Both the position numbers and the translations under genes were made by a program. From a virus, in IMG/VR virus record IMGVR_UViG_3300021963_006848, positions 33,039-97,038 of that record: 64,000 nt of DNA. One strand, given 5' to 3'. Shown here in pieces: positions 35,095 through 42,349 of the stretch (position 1 is the stretch's first letter; every line of letters begins with the position of its first letter). The notes beneath the pieces are model-generated. The model had not been told where the DNA came from and made no database searches. It saw nothing but the letters and a program-made list of their open reading frames with translations.

Positions 35095-35940
35095 TTATAA
35101 CTGTTTAATGTATTCTAGTAATCTGTCTTCTGGTTGCCATCCAAGTCTTTCTATGGCGTCTTTATTTTCTCTTAAAGTCTCTCTGTAGTTACCTTTTTGT
35201 TCTCTCATGTAGACTTTAACGCAGTTAAATTTTTCTACAAACATATTAGCAACTTGATTTATAGAGTAATTTTTACCTGTTCCTAATTCCCAAGCATCTT
35301 CGTGTTTTTCATCACTCTCTGCAACTTTAATTAATCCATCTACAATATCTCTTATATGAGTGAAATCTCGTCTCTGTTCTCCATCACCTACTATGGTGAT
35401 AGGGTAGTTTTTAGCAACTTGACCTCTCCATCTACCTATAACTGCTGCCCAATCTCCTTCTAAAATTTCATTAGGTCCGTATACATTGTAGAATCTTACA
35501 ATTTCAGCATCTAAGTTAAACACCTGCTTATACATCTTTATAATTTCTTCCCCCATGTGTTTAGAACATGCATATGGAGACTGCAAAGGGTTATGCCATC
35601 TAGAAGAAGATCCTGCATATATAACTTTAGCTTCTATTTGATGAGCAAACTTACATACATCCAAAGTTCCTTGAGTATTAACTCTAAAGGTTTCTTGTGG
35701 GTTAGCAAAGGAAGGCTGTATTCTACTTAAAGCAGCTAAGTGATAGATAAGATCGAAATCTTTATCCATTAAGTCTATTCGCTCTATATCACCATACCAG
35801 TAATGGCAACCTGGGATTTCGTATTCTTTAAACCCTACAGAAAGGTCATCTAATGAAGTGACAGAATGTCCTTCTATTACCAACCTTTTTATAAGGTTAC
35901 TTCCTACAAATCCATTTCCTCCAGTAACTAATATCTTCAT
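35095..35940 (-). CDS. NAD-dependent nucleotide-sugar epimerase/dehydratase; start revised to MKILVTGG
   Basis: GGNGFVG, HLAA, YACSK (YxxxK), RFYNVYGP, GDGEQRRDF; the longer ORF call overlaps a tRNA. Confidence 0.9.
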   Translation of the reverse strand: MKILVTGGNGFVGSNLIKRLVIEGHSVTSLDDLSVGFKEYEIPGCHYWYGDIERIDLMDKDFDLIYHLAALSRIQPSFANPQETFRVNTQGTLDVCKFAHQIEAKVIYAGSSSRWHNPLQSPYACSKHMGEEIIKMYKQVFNLDAEIVRFYNVYGPNEILEGDWAAVIGRWRGQVAKNYPITIVGDGEQRRDFTHIRDIVDGLIKVAESDEKHEDAWELGTGKNYSINQVANMFVEKFNCVKVYMREQKGNYRETLRENKDAIERLGWQPEDRLLEYIKQL

Positions 35941-35955
35941 ATAAACCTTATCTAG

Positions 35956-36027
35956 TTGCGGGAGAAGGATTCGAACCTCCGACCCCAAGGTTATGAGCCT
36001 TGTGAGCTACCTCTGCTCTATCCCGCG
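35956..36027 (-). tRNA. tRNA-Met(CAT), initiator-like
   Basis: CGCGGGA...TCCCGCA-A with C1:A72 mismatch; CAAGG-CTCATAA-CCTTG. Confidence 0.9.
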
Positions 36028-36035
36028 ATATAATG

Positions 36036-36108
36036 TACTCCGTAGGGGTTTCGAACCCCTAATCTCCTCCGTGAAAGGGAGGCGACTTAACCGTTTGTCC
36101 AACGGAGC
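36036..36108 (-). tRNA. tRNA-Glu(TTC)
   Basis: GCTCCGT/ACGGAGT, CCTCC-CTTTCAC-GGAGG, AGGGG-TTCGAAA-CCCCT. Confidence 0.92.
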
Positions 36109-36115
36109 GGAATTG

Positions 36116-36498
36116 TGGAGATGGAGGGAGTCGAACCCTCGTCCAAATACGGATTTAATAAACCTCATTCACAAGCTTAGTTAATTTTTCTAAATTAACA
36201 AAATATAAAGTTTGATAAATGTGGGAACCAAACTTTCAAACAACCTGGTCTCGAAATTATTTAATAGAGCTCCGACCTGTTACTCCAACTCTCACTTCTT
36301 TTTAAATTCCCATGAGTGATACGGGAAAGATTAGGCAGCTACTGCGTAATCAGCACCTACGAAAGCCATAGCGTCTTCGAAAGTGAAAGAAGATAATTCT
36401 TCTGCGTTTATTGTTTGATAGGTGTTTAAGGATTTCCATCTAATCCTGCTTGCATCAATTGTACCAACTCATCGTACCTGTCAAAACCGGGCATCCCC
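36116..36498 (-). ncRNA. ssrA: tmRNA with tag AEELSSFTFEDAMAFVGADYAVAA*
   Basis: GGGGATG/CATCTCC acceptor with G3:U, TTTGAC, GGACGAGGGTTCGACTCCCTC T arm, ATAAAC-GCA resume site, tag ORF at 36331-36405. Confidence 0.93.
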
Positions 36499-36503
36499 AA
36501 TTG

Positions 36504-36575
36504 AGCTTCCTCGAGGAATCGAACCCCGTTATCCTGAGTACAAATCAGGCGCATCACCATTTATGCTTAGGAAGC
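36504..36575 (-). tRNA. tRNA-Thr(TGT)
   Basis: GCTTCCT/AGGAAGC, CCTGA-TTTGTAC-TCAGG. Confidence 0.92.
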
Positions 36576-36577
36576 AA

Positions 36578-36716
36578 TTTAGGAAAGGAGAAGATGGTTG
36601 CGTGGACATCTCCTTTTATGATTGGCATTACTTAGGTGTATTTTTCCCAACTCCGATGATACCCGCCAAAATACACTCTCGAGCCATTGATACCATCATT
36701 CCCCAATCAACCTAAA
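36578..36716 (-). ncRNA. ~139-nt structured RNA candidate upstream of tRNA-Thr
   Basis: TTTAGG/CCTAAA, TGATTGG/CCAATCA, GTGTATTTT/AAAATACAC, AAAGGAGA/TCTCCTTT stems. Confidence 0.55.
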
Positions 36717-36724
36717 AGGTTTTT

Positions 36725-36913
36725 TTACTTTACTTCAGTTTCAGCTTTTGGAGCTTCTTCAGCAGGAATTTCTGCTACTGTAGAATCTGTTGCTGTTACT
36801 GCAGCTGTATCTACTGCTACTGCTGTTGAGTCTGTTGCTACTGCTTCTGATTTACCGTTACCGCATGATGCTAATGTAACTACTAAAGCTGTTGCTAAGA
36901 TTACTTTTTTCAT
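36725..36913 (-). CDS. small Ala/Thr-rich lipoprotein
   Basis: LASC lipobox, DST/DTA motifs. Confidence 0.8.
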   Translation of the reverse strand: MKKVILATALVVTLASCGNGKSEAVATDSTAVAVDTAAVTATDSTVAEIPAEEAPKAETEVK

Positions 36914-36956
36914 AATTGTTTTTGTTTTTGTTTAAATTTACTGATATATAAATAGT

Positions 36957-37796
36957 TTACTTGATATGTTCTGCTAAAACTTTTTCTACATGGGATTTAG
37001 CTACTTCCCATTCAACTGGTCCTGTCTCGTCTTCGTATTGAACAGGATCTTTACGGCCCAACTTAATAAAAGCTTCAATACGCTCCACAGAGCTAGCAGA
37101 CTTATAGTCGCTATTACCAGAAGGGTAAGGCTTATATGAAGTGTTAGTTCTCTTGTACACCTCATCAAAGTCCAAACCGAGTGTTTCACATGCTTTAAGT
37201 CCATCTTCTAGAATACCAAATTTATCTGTATCTAAATAGGGAGTATAAAACTTAACACGTTCTGCATCCCAGTTACCAATTCTAAATGCTTCCATATCTG
37301 CATCTCTAAACTCTTGACGACAGTCAGGGTAGATTGCATGATCTCCAGCATGAATACCTAGAGAAATAAAGGTATCTTCTTTTGTTTCGTTCGCTACTGA
37401 TAAAGCTACTGCTTGTACTAATGAACTAAAGATCTTATTACGATTAGGTACAACAGTATCTTTCATGTTATCTTGTTCGTAATGACCTTCCGGTACATCT
37501 TTACCTCCTTCAACTAATGCTGAGTTTAGTAGTTCTTTCAACCCATCTAATTTAATAATCTGATGTGTTGGTGGGAGAAAAGAATAATTCTTATCGTTAT
37601 CAAACGGTGGATGCATAGCATTCCATATCTCATTAATATACTCTACTAATGATGTTGCACGTTCTAACTCTACTCTATGTTTCTGACCGTAATCAAAAGA
37701 CAAAGTAGTAACTCTGTAGCCATTTGCTAACAAATGTAGTAATAAAGTAGAGGAGTCCATCCCTCCAGATAAGGACAATACAGCATTCTTCGCCAT
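36957..37796 (-). CDS. queC: 7-cyano-7-deazaguanine synthase
   Basis: SLSGGMDS, FDYGQKH, VVPNRN, HAGD...YPDCR. Confidence 0.95.
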   Translation of the reverse strand: MAKNAVLSLSGGMDSSTLLLHLLANGYRVTTLSFDYGQKHRVELERATSLVEYINEIWNAMHPPFDNDKNYSFLPPTHQIIKLDGLKELLNSALVEGGKDVPEGHYEQDNMKDTVVPNRNKIFSSLVQAVALSVANETKEDTFISLGIHAGDHAIYPDCRQEFRDADMEAFRIGNWDAERVKFYTPYLDTDKFGILEDGLKACETLGLDFDEVYKRTNTSYKPYPSGNSDYKSASSVERIEAFIKLGRKDPVQYEDETGPVEWEVAKSHVEKVLAEHIK

Positions 37797-37848
37797 AATA
37801 CGTAAAATTTAAAATATGCCAGGTATTAATAGGATATAGGCAAATCCT

Positions 37849-38163
37849 TTATTCGAAGGAGACAATATGCTCCATTCTGGTAGTAATTGCATCCCACTTC
37901 TGCATATATTCTTTTACAGATGTGTATCTTGTCTTCTCACCAGAATTTAATAACTCTTTAGCTACTGTACGTAAAGCACCGTTAAATGTAGAAGGATAGC
38001 TTACAGTTCTAATATAAGCAGTATTCTTCTCACCTTTAATTACTCTTTCGAAGACAGTAAAGCCACCTGCTCCTGATTTCGCTTTCGAAATAAAGAAAGG
38101 TTCCATTGCTGGGTCTTCAATAATAATGTCCTCTTTTGGGATCGTGTTTGGATTTCTTAACAT
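37849..38163 (-). CDS. hypothetical protein
   Basis: 104-aa ORF within the operon. Confidence 0.7.
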   Translation of the reverse strand: MLRNPNTIPKEDIIIEDPAMEPFFISKAKSGAGGFTVFERVIKGEKNTAYIRTVSYPSTFNGALRTVAKELLNSGEKTRYTSVKEYMQKWDAITTRMEHIVSFE

Positions 38164-38179
38164 AACTGATTACTTTTAT

Positions 38180-38443
38180 TTAATTAAAGATAAGAACTTT
38201 TAGCTCATTTTCCGACAATCCACCTACTTTTTTAGCAACAATTTTTCCCTCTTTAACAACAACTGTTGTCGGTAGGGACATAATCTTATATTCTGCAGCT
38301 TTTCCGGAAACATCCTTATCTACATCTACTTCTAGAAACTCTACTCCGGTTTCTACATTCTCTGTCACTACTTTGCTCCAGATAGGAGCGTATGCTCTAC
38401 ATGGACCACACCATGTTGCGTGGAATCTAATTACTTCTGTCAT
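38180..38443 (-). CDS. trxA: thioredoxin
   Basis: FHATWCGPC, VDVD, SLPT. Confidence 0.92.
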   Translation of the reverse strand: MTEVIRFHATWCGPCRAYAPIWSKVVTENVETGVEFLEVDVDKDVSGKAAEYKIMSLPTTVVVKEGKIVAKKVGGLSENELKVLIFN

Positions 38444-38471
38444 ATATGTTATAATGTACGATTTATATCTT

Positions 38472-38502
38472 AAGATACGAATAAATACTCAGAAAAGCAA
38501 CT
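38472..38502 (-). promoter_or_regulatory. Bacteroidota-type promoter
   Basis: AGTTG-N16-TTCGTATCTT. Confidence 0.75.
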
Positions 38503-39855
38503 TTATAATGCAAATCTACTACCTATGGTAAAGTTATAGGAAGGATTTTGATTGAATCCGGTATCTCCAATAACTAATGCACCAAAGTTTACTTTGAATC
38601 TTCTGGAAAGGTTAAAATCAAAGTTACTTCCTAGAATATAGTTATAAGTTTCTACTCCTATTACTGTTTTTGAATCAACCATATAAAGGGATCCTAAATT
38701 CGACCAGGCAAACATAGGAGATATGGTAACTCTCTTAGTTACAAACGGTTTAGTAACAAATGCTGTGGCAATTTGTGCAATGCTGGTATTATCTTTTACA
38801 AAAGTACCTGCAAAAGTTAATGCATAACCGCCTACTATTCCTTTTGGCCCCATTAAAATTAAACTATTCGTTACGTTAGGGCTAAAAACTCCAAACATAC
38901 TTGCTGCTGATACACTACTTGAGAGTATCATTACCGGTTTGTAATCTTGATCTAAGAATATCTTAGAGTAGTTAAGAGATAAGTTAAATTGCTGAAGATT
39001 ATCCCATAACATAAAAGTAGCTCCGTAAGATTCTAAACCAGTTAGACTACTTTTTGACACTCCCATTGTCATCATATTAGTGAATTTACCGTCTGGTGTT
39101 AATCCAGAAGCTATATTTGCACTAACAATAGGAGGATTTATTGGTCTCTTTTTTTCTTCTTTCTTTTCTTCTTTTTTCTCCTCTTTCTTTTCTTCTTTTG
39201 ATTCTTCCTTCTTTTCTTCTTTTTTCTCTTCTGATTTTGACTCTTCTTTTTTCTCTTCGCTCTTAGATTCAGTTTTCTTTTCTTCAGTTTTACTTTCTGT
39301 TTTAGATTCAGTTTTAGTTTCAGTTTTAGTTTCAGTTTTAGTCTCCGATGAAGAATTGTTGTTATTACCAGATGATGAACTACTAGATGAAGAAGATCCT
39401 CCGCTTGCTGGTGGAGGTGTAGAAGACCCACTACTTGATGCTGGAGGTGTTACTGGTGGAGGTGGTGGAGGTGGAGGTATAGTAGCAGCGGCTGTAGCAG
39501 CAGCATTTGATGCAGAAGCGGCTGCTTGAGAAGCAGTACTAGCTGCTTGCGTTACTGTATTCTGTATAACTTGTGTTACTACAGTACTGGTTGGGCAAGG
39601 TCTATTTTGTACCTCTAGTATTGTTTTGTTTATCCAAGATTGTGCAACTCCTTGCTGTACTTCTTGTGCTGTAAAAGTCCTTACTTGATCATAAAAAGCT
39701 ACAATAGCACTACCACTAACATAAGTAGTAGTCACTGTTTTAACCTGACCTGAACATTTATCTATATACGTTTGTACTACAACCTGACCATTAGCGGCTT
39801 TGGTTGCTAGTAAAACTATAACTAATATCGTAAACTTGGTTATCCATTTTCTCAT
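38503..39855 (-). CDS. exported protein with Pro/Ser/EK low-complexity linker and beta-barrel-like C-terminus
   Basis: Signal ANG/Q; PPPP, SSSS, ETK and EEKK runs; alternating hydrophobic strands ending YNFTIGSRFAL. Confidence 0.65.
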   Translation of the reverse strand: MRKWITKFTILVIVLLATKAANGQVVVQTYIDKCSGQVKTVTTTYVSGSAIVAFYDQVRTFTAQEVQQGVAQSWINKTILEVQNRPCPTSTVVTQVIQNTVTQAASTASQAAASASNAAATAAATIPPPPPPPPVTPPASSSGSSTPPPASGGSSSSSSSSSGNNNNSSSETKTETKTETKTESKTESKTEEKKTESKSEEKKEESKSEEKKEEKKEESKEEKKEEKKEEKKEEKKRPINPPIVSANIASGLTPDGKFTNMMTMGVSKSSLTGLESYGATFMLWDNLQQFNLSLNYSKIFLDQDYKPVMILSSSVSAASMFGVFSPNVTNSLILMGPKGIVGGYALTFAGTFVKDNTSIAQIATAFVTKPFVTKRVTISPMFAWSNLGSLYMVDSKTVIGVETYNYILGSNFDFNLSRRFKVNFGALVIGDTGFNQNPSYNFTIGSRFAL

Positions 39856-39990
39856 TATGTCATACTACCATAACCGTGAGGTTATGTTGCTGTTATCTGT
39901 TAATAAATTAATAACACATAAACCTAGCTTTTTACTAGTACAACATTTTAAATTTTTACAACTTAGCTATATTAAACGTAAACTTCTTAA

Positions 39991-40713
39991 TTAATTTTTA
40001 AAAATTCCTTTTTTTACCATTCTATCTAGAATTCTGGCACAAGCTATATCTAGAGCTTTCTTAGTTGCTATTGAAATAGTAGATTGGTTAAATTTAACTT
40101 CATCTACTGTTGCATCTGAAAGTAAAGTCAATTCTCTTGTAGTTTTTGCTTCTCCTAAACCTGATGCACTAAATACTACTCCAGTTTCAGCATTTGTAAA
40201 GCGAACTTGTAAACCTAAACGAGTAACTACCATGTTTTTTACTCCATCCTTTAAGTTAATAGTTTCATCTTCTGAAATTGAGTAATCATACACCTCTATT
40301 GTAACAAAATACTCAGCTAAATTGATTTTACCTCTACCGTCAAGTTTATTTTCAGATATTCCTGCTTGAGAAGCCTGAAATTGCTTAACCATACGGTTTT
40401 TAATCTCAGTTTTATCTTCTGTAAACTTAAATCGATTAAGGTTCTCAAGATACTCCATTGTAATGTTAGCTACACCTAATCCTACGCGTTTCTCTTTAAG
40501 TTCTGGGTACATTTCATATACTTCATCACTAATACCAGCTTTTAGTATCTGGATAGGGATTTGAGGTCCTTCGTAGTCTAAGAACTTACTAATATCAATC
40601 GCGGTTTCGAATGATGCTTTGTATTGCTCAGTTTGAGTTTTACCTACTGTTTGAGCAATAACACTTACACTGCTTAATAAAAAGCAGCTTAATAATAGAC
40701 TTAATCTTTTCAT
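39991..40713 (-). CDS. CsgG/HfaB-like exported protein
   Basis: Signal VIA/Q; GLGV...L...NRF.F.E, AEYFVT.EV.DY, LQVRF.NAETG.V..ASG.GE. Confidence 0.65.
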   Translation of the reverse strand: MKRLSLLLSCFLLSSVSVIAQTVGKTQTEQYKASFETAIDISKFLDYEGPQIPIQILKAGISDEVYEMYPELKEKRVGLGVANITMEYLENLNRFKFTEDKTEIKNRMVKQFQASQAGISENKLDGRGKINLAEYFVTIEVYDYSISEDETINLKDGVKNMVVTRLGLQVRFTNAETGVVFSASGLGEAKTTRELTLLSDATVDEVKFNQSTISIATKKALDIACARILDRMVKKGIFKN

Positions 40714-40721
40714 ACATTGTT

Positions 40722-40949
40722 TTATTTTTCTGGTCCTTCATATCCCCAGTTTCTAGGATCATGGGTGTACCTTCCATCAATTCTAACTGTAAGTTCGTCT
40801 GTTACAACAGATAGCTTTTCTTCTTGACCAAGAGCCATTCCGGCAACAAAGTAAAGTTGAAAACTAAGTGCGAAACACACCCAACATAACACTAGACCTA
40901 CTGATGCGTAGGCTGCAAAATCTCCGATTTTGGATAACATCTTTTTCAT
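40722..40949 (-). CDS. small membrane protein
   Basis: One long TM segment. Confidence 0.6.
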   Translation of the reverse strand: MKKMLSKIGDFAAYASVGLVLCWVCFALSFQLYFVAGMALGQEEKLSVVTDELTVRIDGRYTHDPRNWGYEGPEK

Positions 40950-40969
40950 ATACGTTTTTTTTTAATTGT

Positions 40970-41305
40970 TTACTCTTCTGTTGATGCTGCTGCTCCTCCT
41001 GTGTTAGATAAAGAAACTCCGTCTTCTTCGTCCATTTTTTGAACTAACATCTTATCTTTATCTGTATCAGAGAACCAGTAGTCTATAATTTTACCATACG
41101 ACCCAATGAAAGCTCCTAATAAAAGTAAAAGAAGTTCTTTCCATTCCTGTCCAACAACTGTTTCCATGTGTATTGATAATACAATACCAAATGTTGTGAA
41201 CATAAAAGTAACTAAGACGATTAAAGTCATTAACCATCTTCTTTTCATCATTAAGTTTAGCAGGTCTTTGAATCCGCTTGGTTGATTTTCCATATTATTT
41301 ACCAT
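40970..41305 (-). CDS. two-TM membrane protein
   Basis: Two hydrophobic helices, IIDYWFS, acidic tail. Confidence 0.7.
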   Translation of the reverse strand: MVNNMENQPSGFKDLLNLMMKRRWLMTLIVLVTFMFTTFGIVLSIHMETVVGQEWKELLLLLLGAFIGSYGKIIDYWFSDTDKDKMLVQKMDEEDGVSLSNTGGAAASTEE

Positions 41306-41628
41306 TTAGGGGCTTCTTCTTTAAATTCATCTCCTTCCTTTTTCTTAGGTTTAGGTTCTGCTTTAGCAGCTGGATTAGCAGCTGGTTTTTCAATTACTCT
41401 TTCTTTGATGATAGTATTAGTACCACCTGCAGCTTGTTGCTGTTGGTTAGAGTTTGTAATGTTAATTACTGGAGCTGCTTGTTGTACTGGAGCTGGTTCA
41501 TCACCACCTGTTAATTGGGTTACTCCCCAAGTACCAACACCCATAATAGCGGTAGTTGCTACACCGATAATGGTCTTTTTTAATCCAGACCAAGTACCGT
41601 CATTGTTTTGTTCTAATTCTTCTGACAT
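41299..41628 (-). CDS. single-TM protein with disordered tail
   Basis: TM helix then Q/P/K-rich region. Confidence 0.65.
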   Translation of the reverse strand: MSEELEQNNDGTWSGLKKTIIGVATTAIMGVGTWGVTQLTGGDEPAPVQQAAPVINITNSNQQQQAAGGTNTIIKERVIEKPAANPAAKAEPKPKKKEGDEFKEEAPKW

Positions 41629-41640
41629 TTTTATTAATTT

Positions 41641-42006
41641 TTAAAGTTTGTTAAAATCTGTTATTCCTAATTGATTATTATTTGAATCAAATAGTCCAAT
41701 TCTGTAAGCTGATGAAGGTAATGCTGAAGTGTATACTTTAAGTATATTATCACCTGCTTTTACCATCATAGTTTCTTTAGATACTACCTTATTGGATATA
41801 TCAAAGATTTTTATTGTTACTAATTGTGAAACCTCCATCTTAACATTCATCGCAACTTCTGTTGTTACGAATGCAGATTCTAATTTGATACCAACTGCAT
41901 CTTTAATTTGCAATTGTTCCTTAACTTGTTGTTCAGGTAATATATCATCTTTGTAACAACCTGTTAAACTAAGCATTACTAATGCTACTAAAGTTAATTT
42001 TCTCAT
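41641..42006 (-). CDS. lipoprotein with Ig-like / T9SS-CTD-like domain
   Basis: LTGC lipobox; VTIKIFDI..KVV...G.N...L....Y.I. Confidence 0.65.
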   Translation of the reverse strand: MRKLTLVALVMLSLTGCYKDDILPEQQVKEQLQIKDAVGIKLESAFVTTEVAMNVKMEVSQLVTIKIFDISNKVVSKETMMVKAGDNILKVYTSALPSSAYRIGLFDSNNNQLGITDFNKL

Positions 42007-42007
42007 C

Positions 42008-42349
42008 TTATTTAATTATTATTGTTGTTTTACTTATCTCTTTTTTAGTAACATCTTCTAGTAACAAATATAAATACGTAGACTGTATTGAGTTCGTGTA
42101 AATCTTCTTAACATTTTCCCCAAGCTGTCCTATAAATTTCTCTCTACTGATTACTTGACCGCTTTCTTTATCGACTAGTGTTAATGTATACGTTCCAGCA
42201 GATGGTAAATCAAAGTAAATTGATTGTCCGTTTACTACTCTACTTTCACCAACACTAAATATCTTTTCAACAGGTGGAGTTGGAGTTGGTAATTCTGGTT
42301 TAGTACATCCTACTAATAAAATCAACGATATGTAAAGTATGTATTTCAT
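42008..42349 (-). CDS. lipoprotein with Ig-like domain, probable paralog of its neighbour
   Basis: LVGC lipobox; YTLTL.D...GQVISRE...G.N..KIYT. Confidence 0.65.
   Translation of the reverse strand: MKYILYISLILLVGCTKPELPTPTPPVEKIFSVGESRVVNGQSIYFDLPSAGTYTLTLVDKESGQVISREKFIGQLGENVKKIYTNSIQSTYLYLLLEDVTKKEISKTTIIIK

Noticed and set aside
33435-36715. Short ORFs 33435-33674, 34095-34328, 34271-34507, 35993-36184, 36422-36715 and 36450-36635
   Set aside because: They overlap tRNA, tmRNA or structured RNA sequence that explains the region better
23823-37796. que genes serving tRNA queuosine synthesis
   Set aside because: No queA or queG and no Q-family tRNAs (Asn, Asp, His, Tyr) are in the window; the TGT-like protein lacks the Zn motif and sits with polymerase and nucleotide enzymes, favouring DNA modification
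16840-39431. Alternate-frame minus-strand ORFs 16840-17046, 30002-30253, 37001-37204 and 39138-39431
   Set aside because: They overlap better-supported genes in another frame and reflect biased composition
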